Positions 1-9,002 of a stretch of 51,124 bases of DNA are shown one piece after another. A program made the translations under genes and the position numbers. The first letter of the stretch is position 1; the number at the start of each line of letters is the position of its first letter. Under the pieces are notes generated by a model, which was not told the DNA's origin, ran no database searches, and was given only the letters and a program-made list of their open reading frames with translations. The stretch comes from Chloroflexota bacterium (GTDB lineage Bacteria > Chloroflexota > Dehalococcoidia > JACPPY01): NCBI GenBank assembly GCA_040754215.1, contig JBFMDE010000005.1:1-51124 (forward strand), read 5' to 3'.

Positions 1-82
1 CCTAAGGGAGAATCATCAGAGGAAAGTATGAACTGGCTTTGCGAGAGGGTATGATTTTTCGCGGGTGGAGACTGAGGAGCGT

Positions 83-2758
83 TCAGACTATGCCGAGGTC
101 ATGGGCGCGAGCCGCTGCCTGGGTGCGGGATGTGACATTCAGTTTGCGCAATATGGCGGTCACATGGGTCTTGACCGTATGCTCGGTGATAAACAGTTGC
201 TCGGTGATTTGCTGGTTGCTAGCTCCTTGGGCAATCAAGCGCAGGACTTCAACCTCGCGGGTAGTGAGAGACTCTCCAGTATCGGGCACATAAGCCCGGC
301 GCAACTCAGCCATCTCACCAAAGAGACCAAGCAGACGGATAGCAAAGGGCGTGTTAATTCCCCGCTCTACCGCCAGGCGCAGCAGCGGCACCATGATTGG
401 GCCTTCGCGCAGGACCAGTCCGGGCATATTTCGTCGCTCGCACTCTGCGAGCACAGAGGCAAGCTCTGACGCTGCTGCCTGCGGGTGCTTCCATACTAGG
501 TAAAGGTGTGCCAGTAGTAAGCGGGCGATGCCGAAAACAAGGCACTGCGGTTTTTTGTCTTCAATCGCAGTCGCATTGCGCAAGGTGCGTTCGGCGTCAG
601 CATAGCGCCGATCACTCGTCTCAAGTAATGCCCGCATTAATTCTCTGGACACCGTTACCTCAGGGAACTCTTCGTCCTCCCTAACAGCGGACACACGGGC
701 GTAAGTCACGCGTGCCTGCTCCAGATTGCCCTGCAACCATTGCGCCCGTCCTATGTAGTAGAGAACGGTGACAGTCCAGAATTTAACGGGAGGTGTCTGT
801 TCGATCCAGGACAGCCGGGCGTGCCAGTGACGCTCGACAGCCGCGTAGTCACCCCGCGCAGAATAGACACCCGTCAGCACCAGGTCAACTTCGGCATCCA
901 AGAAGGTAAAGCCTCCCAGTTGCCGGCTGATATCGCGTGCTCGCTCCGTCTCCTTGACCGCCTCATCCAGTTGGCCATGCAGGAAGTTGATATATCCCAG
1001 CAGAGAGTGAGCGCCCGCTTGCATGGGCCCAATGCCTTCACCAAACTGGGTCAGAGCTTGACGGCAATAGTGCTCGAGACGTCCCGTCCCACCGGGCAGC
1101 AACGCCACATGGGCGCGAAGTATGGGTGCCACGATACCGAAAGCTCTTGCCTCTCCCGATTCCAGGGTGGTTCGCAGCACTTCATCCAAATCTGTGTCCG
1201 CCTTGTCCCACTCGCCCTCGTTGAGCAATTGCCAGACCCTGGCCATCAATAGCTGTACCCGTGCGTGCGAGGGAAGGGGCAGGGCTAAAGCCTGGCCGAT
1301 AAACATGGCTTGACGCTCATAGTCGTGCTGCTGGCTGGCCACATCAACCAATCCCAGCAAGGATTCACCTTGTCCTGCCTGGTTCCCGGCCATTTCGAAA
1401 CCACGCCGGGAGCGTTCCAGCAACGACGACGCCAGTTTCAAATCACCGCGGTGGAGAGCGCAGACACCCAGGTGGTAGATAAGGCGGGGGCGTGCTTCTT
1501 GGACAGAAGGGGGAAGGGATTCGATCCAGTCGCGTAGTGTGTGCAGGAGACCACCGTTTAATAATTGTTCGCCGACTTGCTCCACCGTTTTTGCCGCGTA
1601 CTCCCAGAGGCCCGCTGCCAGATAGTGAGAGATGGCACGCGCCGGGACGGTCTCAGCTTCGGCAGCCTTCCGGTGCAGGTCAGCGACTCGCTCTGGCATC
1701 TCCTGCACAAGCCGTCGGCGCAGGAATTCGGCAAAAAGGTGGTGGTAGCGATAAGTCGTGCCGGCCTCGTCCACGGCCACCAGGAAAAGGTTCCGCCGGT
1801 AGATATCTTCCAGGATAGCCGCGGCATTGGCGCGTCCAGTTACAGCCTGACACAACTCTGGGATCAGTTCGGGTAGGATTGATGTCTCAAGAAGAAAGCT
1901 TCGTACAGTTGCGTCCTGGTGGGCGAGAACCTCATCGGCGAGAAAGTCGAAGACGTGAGTGCCGGGCAGACGAGTAATGAAGGCGGTACGCCCGGCGGAC
2001 GGTGGAATTTCCGCGAGCGAGTTGGCCAGAAGGCGCAGGCCGGCTGCCCAACCTTCAGTGACGGTGTATAGTGTGGAGAGCTCTTCGCGCGTAAGGCCCA
2101 GGCGAAACTGGTCATTGAGAAAAGCGGCTGCTTCATCAGGAGTGAAGCGCATGTCATGCAGGCGCACCTCGGCCAACTGTCCTCGCGCTCGCAGGCGAGC
2201 TAGGGGCAGGGGCGGGTCATAGCGAGTTGATGCCACTATGTGCATTTGGGGTGGCAGGTGTTCCAGAAAATAGTCTAGCGCCACATAGACGGTCGGCTCG
2301 GTGACGAGATACAGGTCTTCCAGTATCAGGATGCAAGAGCCGGGCAGGGTGTCCAAAATGTCATTGACCAGCGCACCGATAATACGGCGGACCTCTGCTC
2401 CGGGGTTGGGAAGACTGGTCAGCAGCACTTGTGCTCTTACTCCACAAGCTGGAACGGCGCGCTGAATAGCGGCCACCACGGCACCCAGAAACTGGGCCGG
2501 GTCGTTGTCGTCCTGATCCAGCCAAAGCCAGGCCGCAAGGAGTTCCGGGTATATGTCGAGGAGCGCAGTAAGCAGGGTCGTCTTACCGTAGCCAGCCGGA
2601 GCAGAGACCAGGGTCAGGGGATGTGAGATAATGGCGTCTTGAAGCGCCGCAAGCAACTGCGTGCGCTGAATGACGTCTTTGCGAAGCCGCGGCGGGCGCA
2701 GCTTCGTCGCCGTCAACCATTCCGCATGGGCCCCATGTTCTGGTTGCATCTTTACCAT
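83..2758 (-). CDS. MalT-like ATP-dependent (STAND/LAL) LuxR-family transcriptional regulator
   Basis: 891 aa. N-terminal TKLRPPRL, Walker A APAGYGKTT, TEGWAAGL and YRYHHLFAEFL motifs, TPR-like helical middle, C-terminal LuxR HTH (LTTREVEVLRLIAQGASNQQI...TVKTHV...KLNVTSRTQA). Confidence 0.9.
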   Translation of the reverse strand: MVKMQPEHGAHAEWLTATKLRPPRLRKDVIQRTQLLAALQDAIISHPLTLVSAPAGYGKTTLLTALLDIYPELLAAWLWLDQDDNDPAQFLGAVVAAIQRAVPACGVRAQVLLTSLPNPGAEVRRIIGALVNDILDTLPGSCILILEDLYLVTEPTVYVALDYFLEHLPPQMHIVASTRYDPPLPLARLRARGQLAEVRLHDMRFTPDEAAAFLNDQFRLGLTREELSTLYTVTEGWAAGLRLLANSLAEIPPSAGRTAFITRLPGTHVFDFLADEVLAHQDATVRSFLLETSILPELIPELCQAVTGRANAAAILEDIYRRNLFLVAVDEAGTTYRYHHLFAEFLRRRLVQEMPERVADLHRKAAEAETVPARAISHYLAAGLWEYAAKTVEQVGEQLLNGGLLHTLRDWIESLPPSVQEARPRLIYHLGVCALHRGDLKLASSLLERSRRGFEMAGNQAGQGESLLGLVDVASQQHDYERQAMFIGQALALPLPSHARVQLLMARVWQLLNEGEWDKADTDLDEVLRTTLESGEARAFGIVAPILRAHVALLPGGTGRLEHYCRQALTQFGEGIGPMQAGAHSLLGYINFLHGQLDEAVKETERARDISRQLGGFTFLDAEVDLVLTGVYSARGDYAAVERHWHARLSWIEQTPPVKFWTVTVLYYIGRAQWLQGNLEQARVTYARVSAVREDEEFPEVTVSRELMRALLETSDRRYADAERTLRNATAIEDKKPQCLVFGIARLLLAHLYLVWKHPQAAASELASVLAECERRNMPGLVLREGPIMVPLLRLAVERGINTPFAIRLLGLFGEMAELRRAYVPDTGESLTTREVEVLRLIAQGASNQQITEQLFITEHTVKTHVTAILRKLNVTSRTQAAARAHDLGIV

Positions 2759-3093
2759 ATTCCGCTCGTGTCACAAAAGTTTAGAGCGGTATTCACAGTG
2801 AAACAACGGCAAACACGCTCAAGTTACCATAATCATACTATACCTGGCTCTCCTGCAAAAATGGTCGGGGCGGATAGAGAGTTCTTGAGGTCATAGCTTG
2901 TAGGGTTATTCAACAAGGTAGCGTTCTGTGACATCCACCGGCAGGAGGGGGGGCTGGGTCCCACAGATCGAGCCAGCCAGTTCCTGTTATAGTCTCGGTG
3001 GGCCACATCGAAGGGGAGAATCACAAGACACCGTGAGGTAGACCGGAAACGGCGAGAGCATCTTCAAGTATGACGCTCTGTCTTGCGAGTAAG

Positions 3094-3170
3094 TGGTACC
3101 CCCAGGGGGATTCGAACCCCCGATTGCCGGCTTGAAAGGCCGGTGTCCTAGGCCGCTAGACGATGGGGGC
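3094..3170 (-). tRNA. tRNA-Glu (anticodon TTC), CCA encoded
   Basis: Reverse complement GCCCCCATCGTCTAGCGGCCTAGGACACCGGCCTTTCAAGCCGGCAATCGGGGGTTCGAATCCCCCTGGGGGTACCA folds as a cloverleaf. Anticodon arm CCGGC-CTTTCAA-GCCGG, T-loop TTCGAAT. Confidence 0.95.
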
Positions 3171-3179
3171 GCGGGCGTG

Positions 3180-3188
3180 AGTATAGCA
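3180..3188 (-). promoter_or_regulatory. Extended -10 promoter for tRNA-Glu
   Basis: TGcTATACT on the minus strand, 9 nt upstream of the tRNA 5' end. Confidence 0.55.
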
Positions 3189-3196
3189 CACGGGGC

Positions 3197-4660
3197 CTAT
3201 TTCCTGCACCGCCACACTGTACCTTGAGGCGTGTCCTCCAGCGTTATCCCTAGCTCCACCAGCCTGGAGCGGATGCTGTCGGCCAGTTGCCACTGCCGTG
3301 CAGACCTCAGCCGCCGCCGTGCCTCGACCAGCTTCGCTATCGCCTCGGTGTGGCTGTGGGCAGCCGCGGCAGCGGAGTCCAGCTCCCTGCTCAACTCCTC
3401 CTGCCCCGCGCTGCGCAGGCCTTCGGCCACTGAGTCCATGAGTTGATGGAGCCGCTCTGTGTCTACTGTTACCTCAGGCTCGGCCAGCGAGAGCCCCAGC
3501 ACGCCGGTCAACTCCCTGAGCGTCGCCTGGGCCGCGGCCATGCTTGCCCCCTCCTCTGCGGCGCGGTTTATCTCTCGCACCAGGTCGAACATGACGGCCA
3601 TGGCCTGAGGGGTGTTGAAGTCATCGTCCATGGCCTCAATGAACTTCTGACGGAAGGGCGCGGCATCGAGAGTTGCTCCCTCTGCCTTGCTGCCACGCTG
3701 CGCTGCCTGGCGCAGCCGCTCCATCCCCTTCTCCGCCGCCTCCAACCCGGCCTCGGAGTATGTCAACGGGTTGCGGTAGTGTGAGCTGACTATCAGCAGG
3801 CGTATCGCGTCCGGCGTGTACCGCTGCAGAAGCTCGCGCACCGTGACCATGTTGCCCAGGGACTTGCTCATCTTCTCCTCGCCTATCTGTACCATGCCGT
3901 TGTGCAGCCAGTACCTGACGAAGGGGACGGCGCCGGTGTAGCTCTCGGACTGCGCGATTTCGTTCTCATGGTGCGGGAAGATGAGGTCCCGGCCCCCGCC
4001 GTGTATGTCCAGCGTCTCACCGAGGTAGCGTATAGACATGGCGGTGCACTCGATGTGCCACCCGGGCCTGCCCTTGTCCCAGGGGCTGTCCCACGAGGGC
4101 TCTCCCGGCTTGGACGCCTTCCACAGGGCGAAGTCGAGATGGCTCTCCTTCCCGGGTTCGGCAGACGAGGGTGCCCCTGGCTCCATCTGTGAAGGGTCGC
4201 GGCCGCTGAGCTTGCCGTAGGAGGGGCAGCGGCTGACCCGGAAGTACACGCTGCCGTGTGCCTCATAGGCGTAGCCCTTCTCCATCAGGGCCTGGATCAC
4301 CTCCAGCATCTTGGGAATCTCTTCGGTGGCCCTGGGGTAGACGTGGGCACGCCTTATGTTGAGGGCATCCATGTCGGTGAAGTAGCGCTCGATGAGCCTG
4401 GAGGTCAGCTCGGTGGTGGGAATACCCAGGACCTGAGCGCGGTTTATTATCTTGTCGTCCACATCGGTGAAGTTCTGCACGTGCGTCACCTTGTAGCCGC
4501 GGAACTCCAGGTAGCGCCGGATGAGGTCGAACACGGTGTAGCTCATGGCGTGCCCCAGGTGGCACTCGTCCCACGGCGTGACACCGCAGACGTACATCCG
4601 CACTGTGTCTCCGGCGGTGAACTCCTCTTTCTGACGGGAAAGGGTGCTGTATACCTTCAT
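3197..4660 (-). CDS. cysS: Cysteine--tRNA ligase
   Basis: MYVCGVTP...HLGH (HIGH motif), DFALWK, GRPGWHIECTAM, HGGGRDLIFPHHENE, KMSKSLGN. Confidence 0.97.
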   Translation of the reverse strand: MKVYSTLSRQKEEFTAGDTVRMYVCGVTPWDECHLGHAMSYTVFDLIRRYLEFRGYKVTHVQNFTDVDDKIINRAQVLGIPTTELTSRLIERYFTDMDALNIRRAHVYPRATEEIPKMLEVIQALMEKGYAYEAHGSVYFRVSRCPSYGKLSGRDPSQMEPGAPSSAEPGKESHLDFALWKASKPGEPSWDSPWDKGRPGWHIECTAMSIRYLGETLDIHGGGRDLIFPHHENEIAQSESYTGAVPFVRYWLHNGMVQIGEEKMSKSLGNMVTVRELLQRYTPDAIRLLIVSSHYRNPLTYSEAGLEAAEKGMERLRQAAQRGSKAEGATLDAAPFRQKFIEAMDDDFNTPQAMAVMFDLVREINRAAEEGASMAAAQATLRELTGVLGLSLAEPEVTVDTERLHQLMDSVAEGLRSAGQEELSRELDSAAAAAHSHTEAIAKLVEARRRLRSARQWQLADSIRSRLVELGITLEDTPQGTVWRCRK

Positions 4661-4661
4661 C

Positions 4662-5144
4662 TCAATCTCCGGGCGGTCCTTCCACCAGCGCCACAGCTAT
4701 GGCAGCGATGCCTTCACCACGGCCGAGAAAGCCCAGCCCTTCGTTTGTGGTTGCCTTTATCCCGATGCGTTGCGGGCTGATGTCGAGCAACTGGCCGAGC
4801 TGCCGCCGCATGTCGGCTACGAAAGGGGCCACCCTGGGGCGCTCGGCAATCACGGTGACGTCCACGTTTGTTATGGAAAACCCCTTCTTCAGCAGCAGCA
4901 CCCTCACCTCTCTCAGCAGGCTGAGGCTGGATGCGCCCTTGTACCTGGGGTCGTCCGGAGGGAAGTGGGTGCCGATGTCCGGGAGAGCGGCTGCGCCGAG
5001 CAGGGCGTCCATGATCGCGTGCGTGAGCACGTCGCCGTCGCTGTGCCCGCCGAGGCCGAGGTGGAAGGGGATGTCCACACCGCCAAGCACGAGCCGTCGT
5101 CCCTGTATCAGGGGGTGGACGTCGTATCCGATACCTGCGCGCAT
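4662..5144 (-). CDS. ispF: 2-C-methyl-D-erythritol 2,4-cyclodiphosphate synthase
   Basis: GIGYDVH, HSDGDVLTHAIMDALLGA, DIGTHFP, KATTNEGLG. Confidence 0.96.
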   Translation of the reverse strand: MRAGIGYDVHPLIQGRRLVLGGVDIPFHLGLGGHSDGDVLTHAIMDALLGAAALPDIGTHFPPDDPRYKGASSLSLLREVRVLLLKKGFSITNVDVTVIAERPRVAPFVADMRRQLGQLLDISPQRIGIKATTNEGLGFLGRGEGIAAIAVALVEGPPGD

Positions 5145-5860
5145 TGCCTTCGTCGTCTCAGTATGGCCTCGGCCAGGGCCAGGTCCTCGGGTGTGGTCAC
5201 CTTGATATTATCGTAGGAGCCAGGGTACAGCTTGACCTGGTGGCCAAGACGTTCTACCAGTGAAGCGTCGTCGGTGGCCTCACCGCCGGACCGATATGCT
5301 CTGGATATTATATCAAAGCGGAACACCTGGGGCGTCTGTGCCGCCCAGAGGGTGTCGCGACGGGGTGTCTCGGCGACCGTACCGTCGGGGTGGGCGACCT
5401 TTATTGTGTCCTTCACCGGGACCGCCGCAACTGCGGCGCCAGTCTCTTCTGCTGTCTCCAGCCCTCGTTGGATGAGCGAGTGTTCGAGGAAGGGGCGGGC
5501 GACATCGTGGATGACTACCCATTCGCAGGGTGGTAATTTGCCGAGTCCTATCCGTACTGAGTCCTGGCGCCTTTTGCCGCCGGCGCAGACCTCTGCGACC
5601 TTGGAGAAGCCGTGCTCGCTTGCCAGTTGACGGCCGCGCTCTACGTTGTCCGGCGCCAGTACCAGCACTATGTGGTCAACAAGGCTGGAGTGCTGTGCCG
5701 CCAGCAGAGGCCAGTAGAGCAGGGGGTACCCTCCCAGGGGAGCGAAGACCTTGTCCACTCCGCCCATCCGCCGCGCCTGCCCCGCACCGGCGAGGATGAG
5801 GCCGGTCTTTGGTAAGGCCCGCCTAGCTTCTGGGTCCACGTTCGCGAGCGGCAGCCCCAT
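5108..5860 (-). CDS. ispD: 2-C-methyl-D-erythritol 4-phosphate cytidylyltransferase (start uncertain; GTG at 5839 is an alternative)
   Basis: AGAGQARRMG...DK, GGKRRQDSV, HDVARP, AQTPQVF, TDDASLVE, NIKVTTPEDL. Adjacent to ispF. Confidence 0.93.
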   Translation of the reverse strand: MGLPLANVDPEARRALPKTGLILAGAGQARRMGGVDKVFAPLGGYPLLYWPLLAAQHSSLVDHIVLVLAPDNVERGRQLASEHGFSKVAEVCAGGKRRQDSVRIGLGKLPPCEWVVIHDVARPFLEHSLIQRGLETAEETGAAVAAVPVKDTIKVAHPDGTVAETPRRDTLWAAQTPQVFRFDIISRAYRSGGEATDDASLVERLGHQVKLYPGSYDNIKVTTPEDLALAEAILRRRRQCAQVSDTTSTP

Positions 5861-6896
5861 TCTTCAACTGGGCGAATATCATCCGGCCTACCGATGTCTG
5901 CAACACCCTGGTGACCACAACCCACACGCGGTTGTTGAGGTAACGCCTTCCCTCCTCTACCACTACCATGGTCCCATCGTCCAGGAATCCCACCCCCTGA
6001 CCGTACTCCTTGCCCTCCTGGATGATGCGTATCTCCACCTCTTCCCCTGGTAGGATCACCGGTTTTACTGCGGTGGCGAGCTGGTTGATGTTGAGCACTC
6101 TAACGCCCTGGAGTTCGGCCACCCGGTTGAGGCCGATGTCGTTGGTCACTATGGCATAGCCGGTGGCCTTGGCCATCTGTACCAGCTTCGAGTCCACGCC
6201 CTCGGCGTCTTTGAAGTCCATTTCGGATATCTCTACGGGCACAGCCGCCTCCTTCTGTAGCTTGTTCAGCACCTCGAGGCCGCGCCGTCCTCGCTGGCGC
6301 CGTAGGGAGTCACTGGAGTCGGCGATGTACTGCAGTTCCTCGAGGACGAATTTAGGGATGACCAGTATTCCGGGGGCAAACCCGGCGCGACCGATGTCGG
6401 CGATACGTCCGTCAATGATGGCGCTGGTGTCAACGATGGCGCGGGGGTTCTCCGGGGATTCCCACGCGGTGTTGCCTTTGCCCTGGGCAGAGGCCTTCAG
6501 GTCCATGATGCTGGCAAGCGTCTTGGAGCGCGCTGTCATCATGGACACGCCGAGGTAGACCAGAACTACTGCCACTGCGGCTGGGGCGACCTTGCCGGCA
6601 AGCCCGGGCAGCAATGACAGTGGCAGGGCGAGCAGCGCTGACATGACCAGGGCAGCGAGCAGCCCTATCATGGCCGAGATGAATGTCTGTGTCGGGATAC
6701 GTCCCATCTCCCGGTTCAGCCACCTCTGGAAAGCACGGGCGGGGTAGGGTGTCACGACTGCGCCAACGACAGCAGGGCCTAGAGTCCAGATGAGGATGCT
6801 ACGCAGGTCAGTGCCACCGAAGACGCCGTTAAGCCACCAGCCGATGAGTCCGAGCAGTATGAAGCCAGCCGCCCTGTATAGTATGTTGGCTATCAT
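5823..6896 (-). CDS. PIN/TRAM domain membrane protein (YacL-like)
   Basis: N-terminal TM helices, PIN motif VDTSAIIDGRI...RGRRGL...TND, C-terminal TRAM GKEYGQGVGFLDDGTMVVVE...LQTSVGRMIF. Usual position upstream of ispD. Confidence 0.9.
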   Translation of the reverse strand: MIANILYRAAGFILLGLIGWWLNGVFGGTDLRSILIWTLGPAVVGAVVTPYPARAFQRWLNREMGRIPTQTFISAMIGLLAALVMSALLALPLSLLPGLAGKVAPAAVAVVLVYLGVSMMTARSKTLASIMDLKASAQGKGNTAWESPENPRAIVDTSAIIDGRIADIGRAGFAPGILVIPKFVLEELQYIADSSDSLRRQRGRRGLEVLNKLQKEAAVPVEISEMDFKDAEGVDSKLVQMAKATGYAIVTNDIGLNRVAELQGVRVLNINQLATAVKPVILPGEEVEIRIIQEGKEYGQGVGFLDDGTMVVVEEGRRYLNNRVWVVVTRVLQTSVGRMIFAQLKNGAAARERGPRS

Positions 6897-7066
6897 GTGG
6901 AGACTACCCGCGTTTCTTGTGTAGTGGTTTTCCTGCTCATTCGACAGTCTAATTGATGAAAGAACATAAAGTCAAAACAATGACGACAAAAGGTCTCGAC
7001 CTGCCCGGCGGGTGGCCGGTGTGGTCGCTACCGGCATGTGGTTTGAGTACGAGGGCGTGCTGGTCC

Positions 7067-8545
7067 TTAGGAGAGTGCCCTGCCTGCGGTCTCAGCCAAG
7101 CGTATCAGGATGGTGGGAACGATACCGAGGAGCAATATGCCGGCGCACGCCAGTGATAGCGCCGTCCGCAAGGCTGCTGAGGAGGGTACAGGCTCATTGG
7201 AGACCGGTGCGCCCAGCCACATCACCTTGACCACTCTCAGGTAGTAGTATGCTGATATGACTGTGTTGAGCACCGAGATGATGACTAGCCAGAGGAGGCC
7301 TTGCTGCACGGCGGCGTTGAAGATGTATATCTTGGCGATGAGTCCGGCGGTCGGTGGCAGTCCCACCAGCGATACCAGGCACAGGGTCAGTCCCAGGGAG
7401 AGCAGAGGCGCTCGTTTCCCCATGCCACTATAGTCGGCGATAAGGTCAGTCCCGGTCTTATTGGAGAACGCTATGATGGCGATAAACGCTCCCATGTTGG
7501 TGAGTGTGTAACTGGCGAGAAAGAAGGCGAGGGCGCTGCGGGCGACCGGCGCCATTGTCTGGCTTATGCCCGCGGCGGCCAGTCCTACCAGGATATACCC
7601 CGCCTGCGCTATGCTGGAATACGCCATCATGCGTTTGATATTGGTCTGCCAGATGGCCACCACGTTGCCGATGGTCATGGTGATGGCTGCGAGGATGGCG
7701 AACAACATGGCCCAGTTCTCACTGAGCCACCAGTGTGGGTCACTGAGCCAGGGCGGTGGTCCGAAGGCCGTGTAGAACACCCTGAGCACCACGGCAAAGC
7801 CAGCCGCCTTGCTGGCCACAGAAAGGTAGCCGGTGATCGGTGTTGGTGCCCCTTCGTAGACATCGGGCACCCACATCTGGAAGGGGAAACTGGATATCTT
7901 GAAGCCGAACCCGGCGGCGACGAGGACGAGGGCCAACAGGAGAGCCGGGTTGTCCAGCAGGCCTCCGAGGGACAGGGCTTGCAGAGAGCTGGCTATCTGG
8001 CCCAGTTCGGTTTTGCCGGTGAGGCCATAGACCAAGGCCATCCCGTAGAGCAGGATTGCCGAGGCCACCGAACCTAACAGGAGGTACTTCAAACCTGCCT
8101 CGGTGGACTTCGGGTCCTTGAGGAAGCTGGCCAGGATGTACAAGGAAATGCCGCTCAGCTCCAGCGCCACGTAGATGGAGACCAGCTCCCTGGTTGCGGC
8201 CAAGAGCATCAGGCCGACGGCGGATATCAGCACGAGGGCGACATACTCTCCCCGGAAGGCCTGGAACTTGGAGACGTAGTCAACTGAGGATAGCAGAACA
8301 AGGGCCAACGCAGCCAGGATGATGAACTTGAAGAAGAGGGCGAACTGGTCCAGCGAGAGCATGCCGTTGAATGCAGTCTGCGGTGCAGCTCCCCACAGCA
8401 GTGCGGCGAAGACGGCCGAGGCGATCGCTCCTAACAGGCTCACGCCTATGAGAAGGCCCTTCCTGCTGACCACCAGGTCGAGCAGGATGACCACCACAGC
8501 GGTAATGAAAAGGCTCAGCTCAGGAGCGAGCAGCGAAAGGTTCAA
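7067..8545 (-). CDS. nuoN: Complex I-like subunit N
   Basis: Polytopic membrane protein. EAGLKYLLLG, FKISSFPFQMWVPDVYEGAPTP, NIKRMMAYSSIAQAGY. Confidence 0.95.
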   Translation of the reverse strand: MNLSLLAPELSLFITAVVVILLDLVVSRKGLLIGVSLLGAIASAVFAALLWGAAPQTAFNGMLSLDQFALFFKFIILAALALVLLSSVDYVSKFQAFRGEYVALVLISAVGLMLLAATRELVSIYVALELSGISLYILASFLKDPKSTEAGLKYLLLGSVASAILLYGMALVYGLTGKTELGQIASSLQALSLGGLLDNPALLLALVLVAAGFGFKISSFPFQMWVPDVYEGAPTPITGYLSVASKAAGFAVVLRVFYTAFGPPPWLSDPHWWLSENWAMLFAILAAITMTIGNVVAIWQTNIKRMMAYSSIAQAGYILVGLAAAGISQTMAPVARSALAFFLASYTLTNMGAFIAIIAFSNKTGTDLIADYSGMGKRAPLLSLGLTLCLVSLVGLPPTAGLIAKIYIFNAAVQQGLLWLVIISVLNTVISAYYYLRVVKVMWLGAPVSNEPVPSSAALRTALSLACAGILLLGIVPTILIRLAETAGRALS

Positions 8546-8573
8546 AGTACTCTCCCTTCTGACACCATCGTGT

Positions 8574-8996
8574 TCAGACCAGTCCGCCTATGCTCAATAG
8601 CCTCTTCGTATCCTCGTGCAGCTCATCCCAGATACGGGGAATGTCCGTCTGCTTGACCCATATCGCCTCTGCTACGTCGCTGCCCGGTCGCACCTCTCCT
8701 GTCGTCTTCCTCGTCAGGTAATCTATGTAGATGACGTGCAGGGTCGTCTCTCCTTTGGCCTTGACCACCCGGTCGAAGGCCGGCAGCGGCTTGACGAGTT
8801 CTATCTCCAGCCCGGTTTCTTCCCGGACCTCTCTCCTTATACCCTCCTCTATCTTTTCGCCCATCTCTAGCTTGCCTCCAGGGCAGATCCACTTCCCGGA
8901 CCAGAAACCTCCTCGCTCTGGCCTGTGTTTGACCAGAAGCACTTTCCCCTTCTCATCTTCGATGATCGCGCCGACGGCGACCATTATTGCTGGCAC
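8574..8996 (-). CDS. NUDIX hydrolase
   Basis: Nudix box GGKLEMGEKIEEGIRREVREETGL. Confidence 0.9.
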   Translation of the reverse strand: MPAIMVAVGAIIEDEKGKVLLVKHRPERGGFWSGKWICPGGKLEMGEKIEEGIRREVREETGLEIELVKPLPAFDRVVKAKGETTLHVIYIDYLTRKTTGEVRPGSDVAEAIWVKQTDIPRIWDELHEDTKRLLSIGGLV

Positions 8997-9002
8997 GGGG
9001 CC

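Noticed and set aside
39-469. Plus-strand ORFs 39..293 and 65..469
   Set aside because: Antisense shadows of the LuxR HTH coding region.
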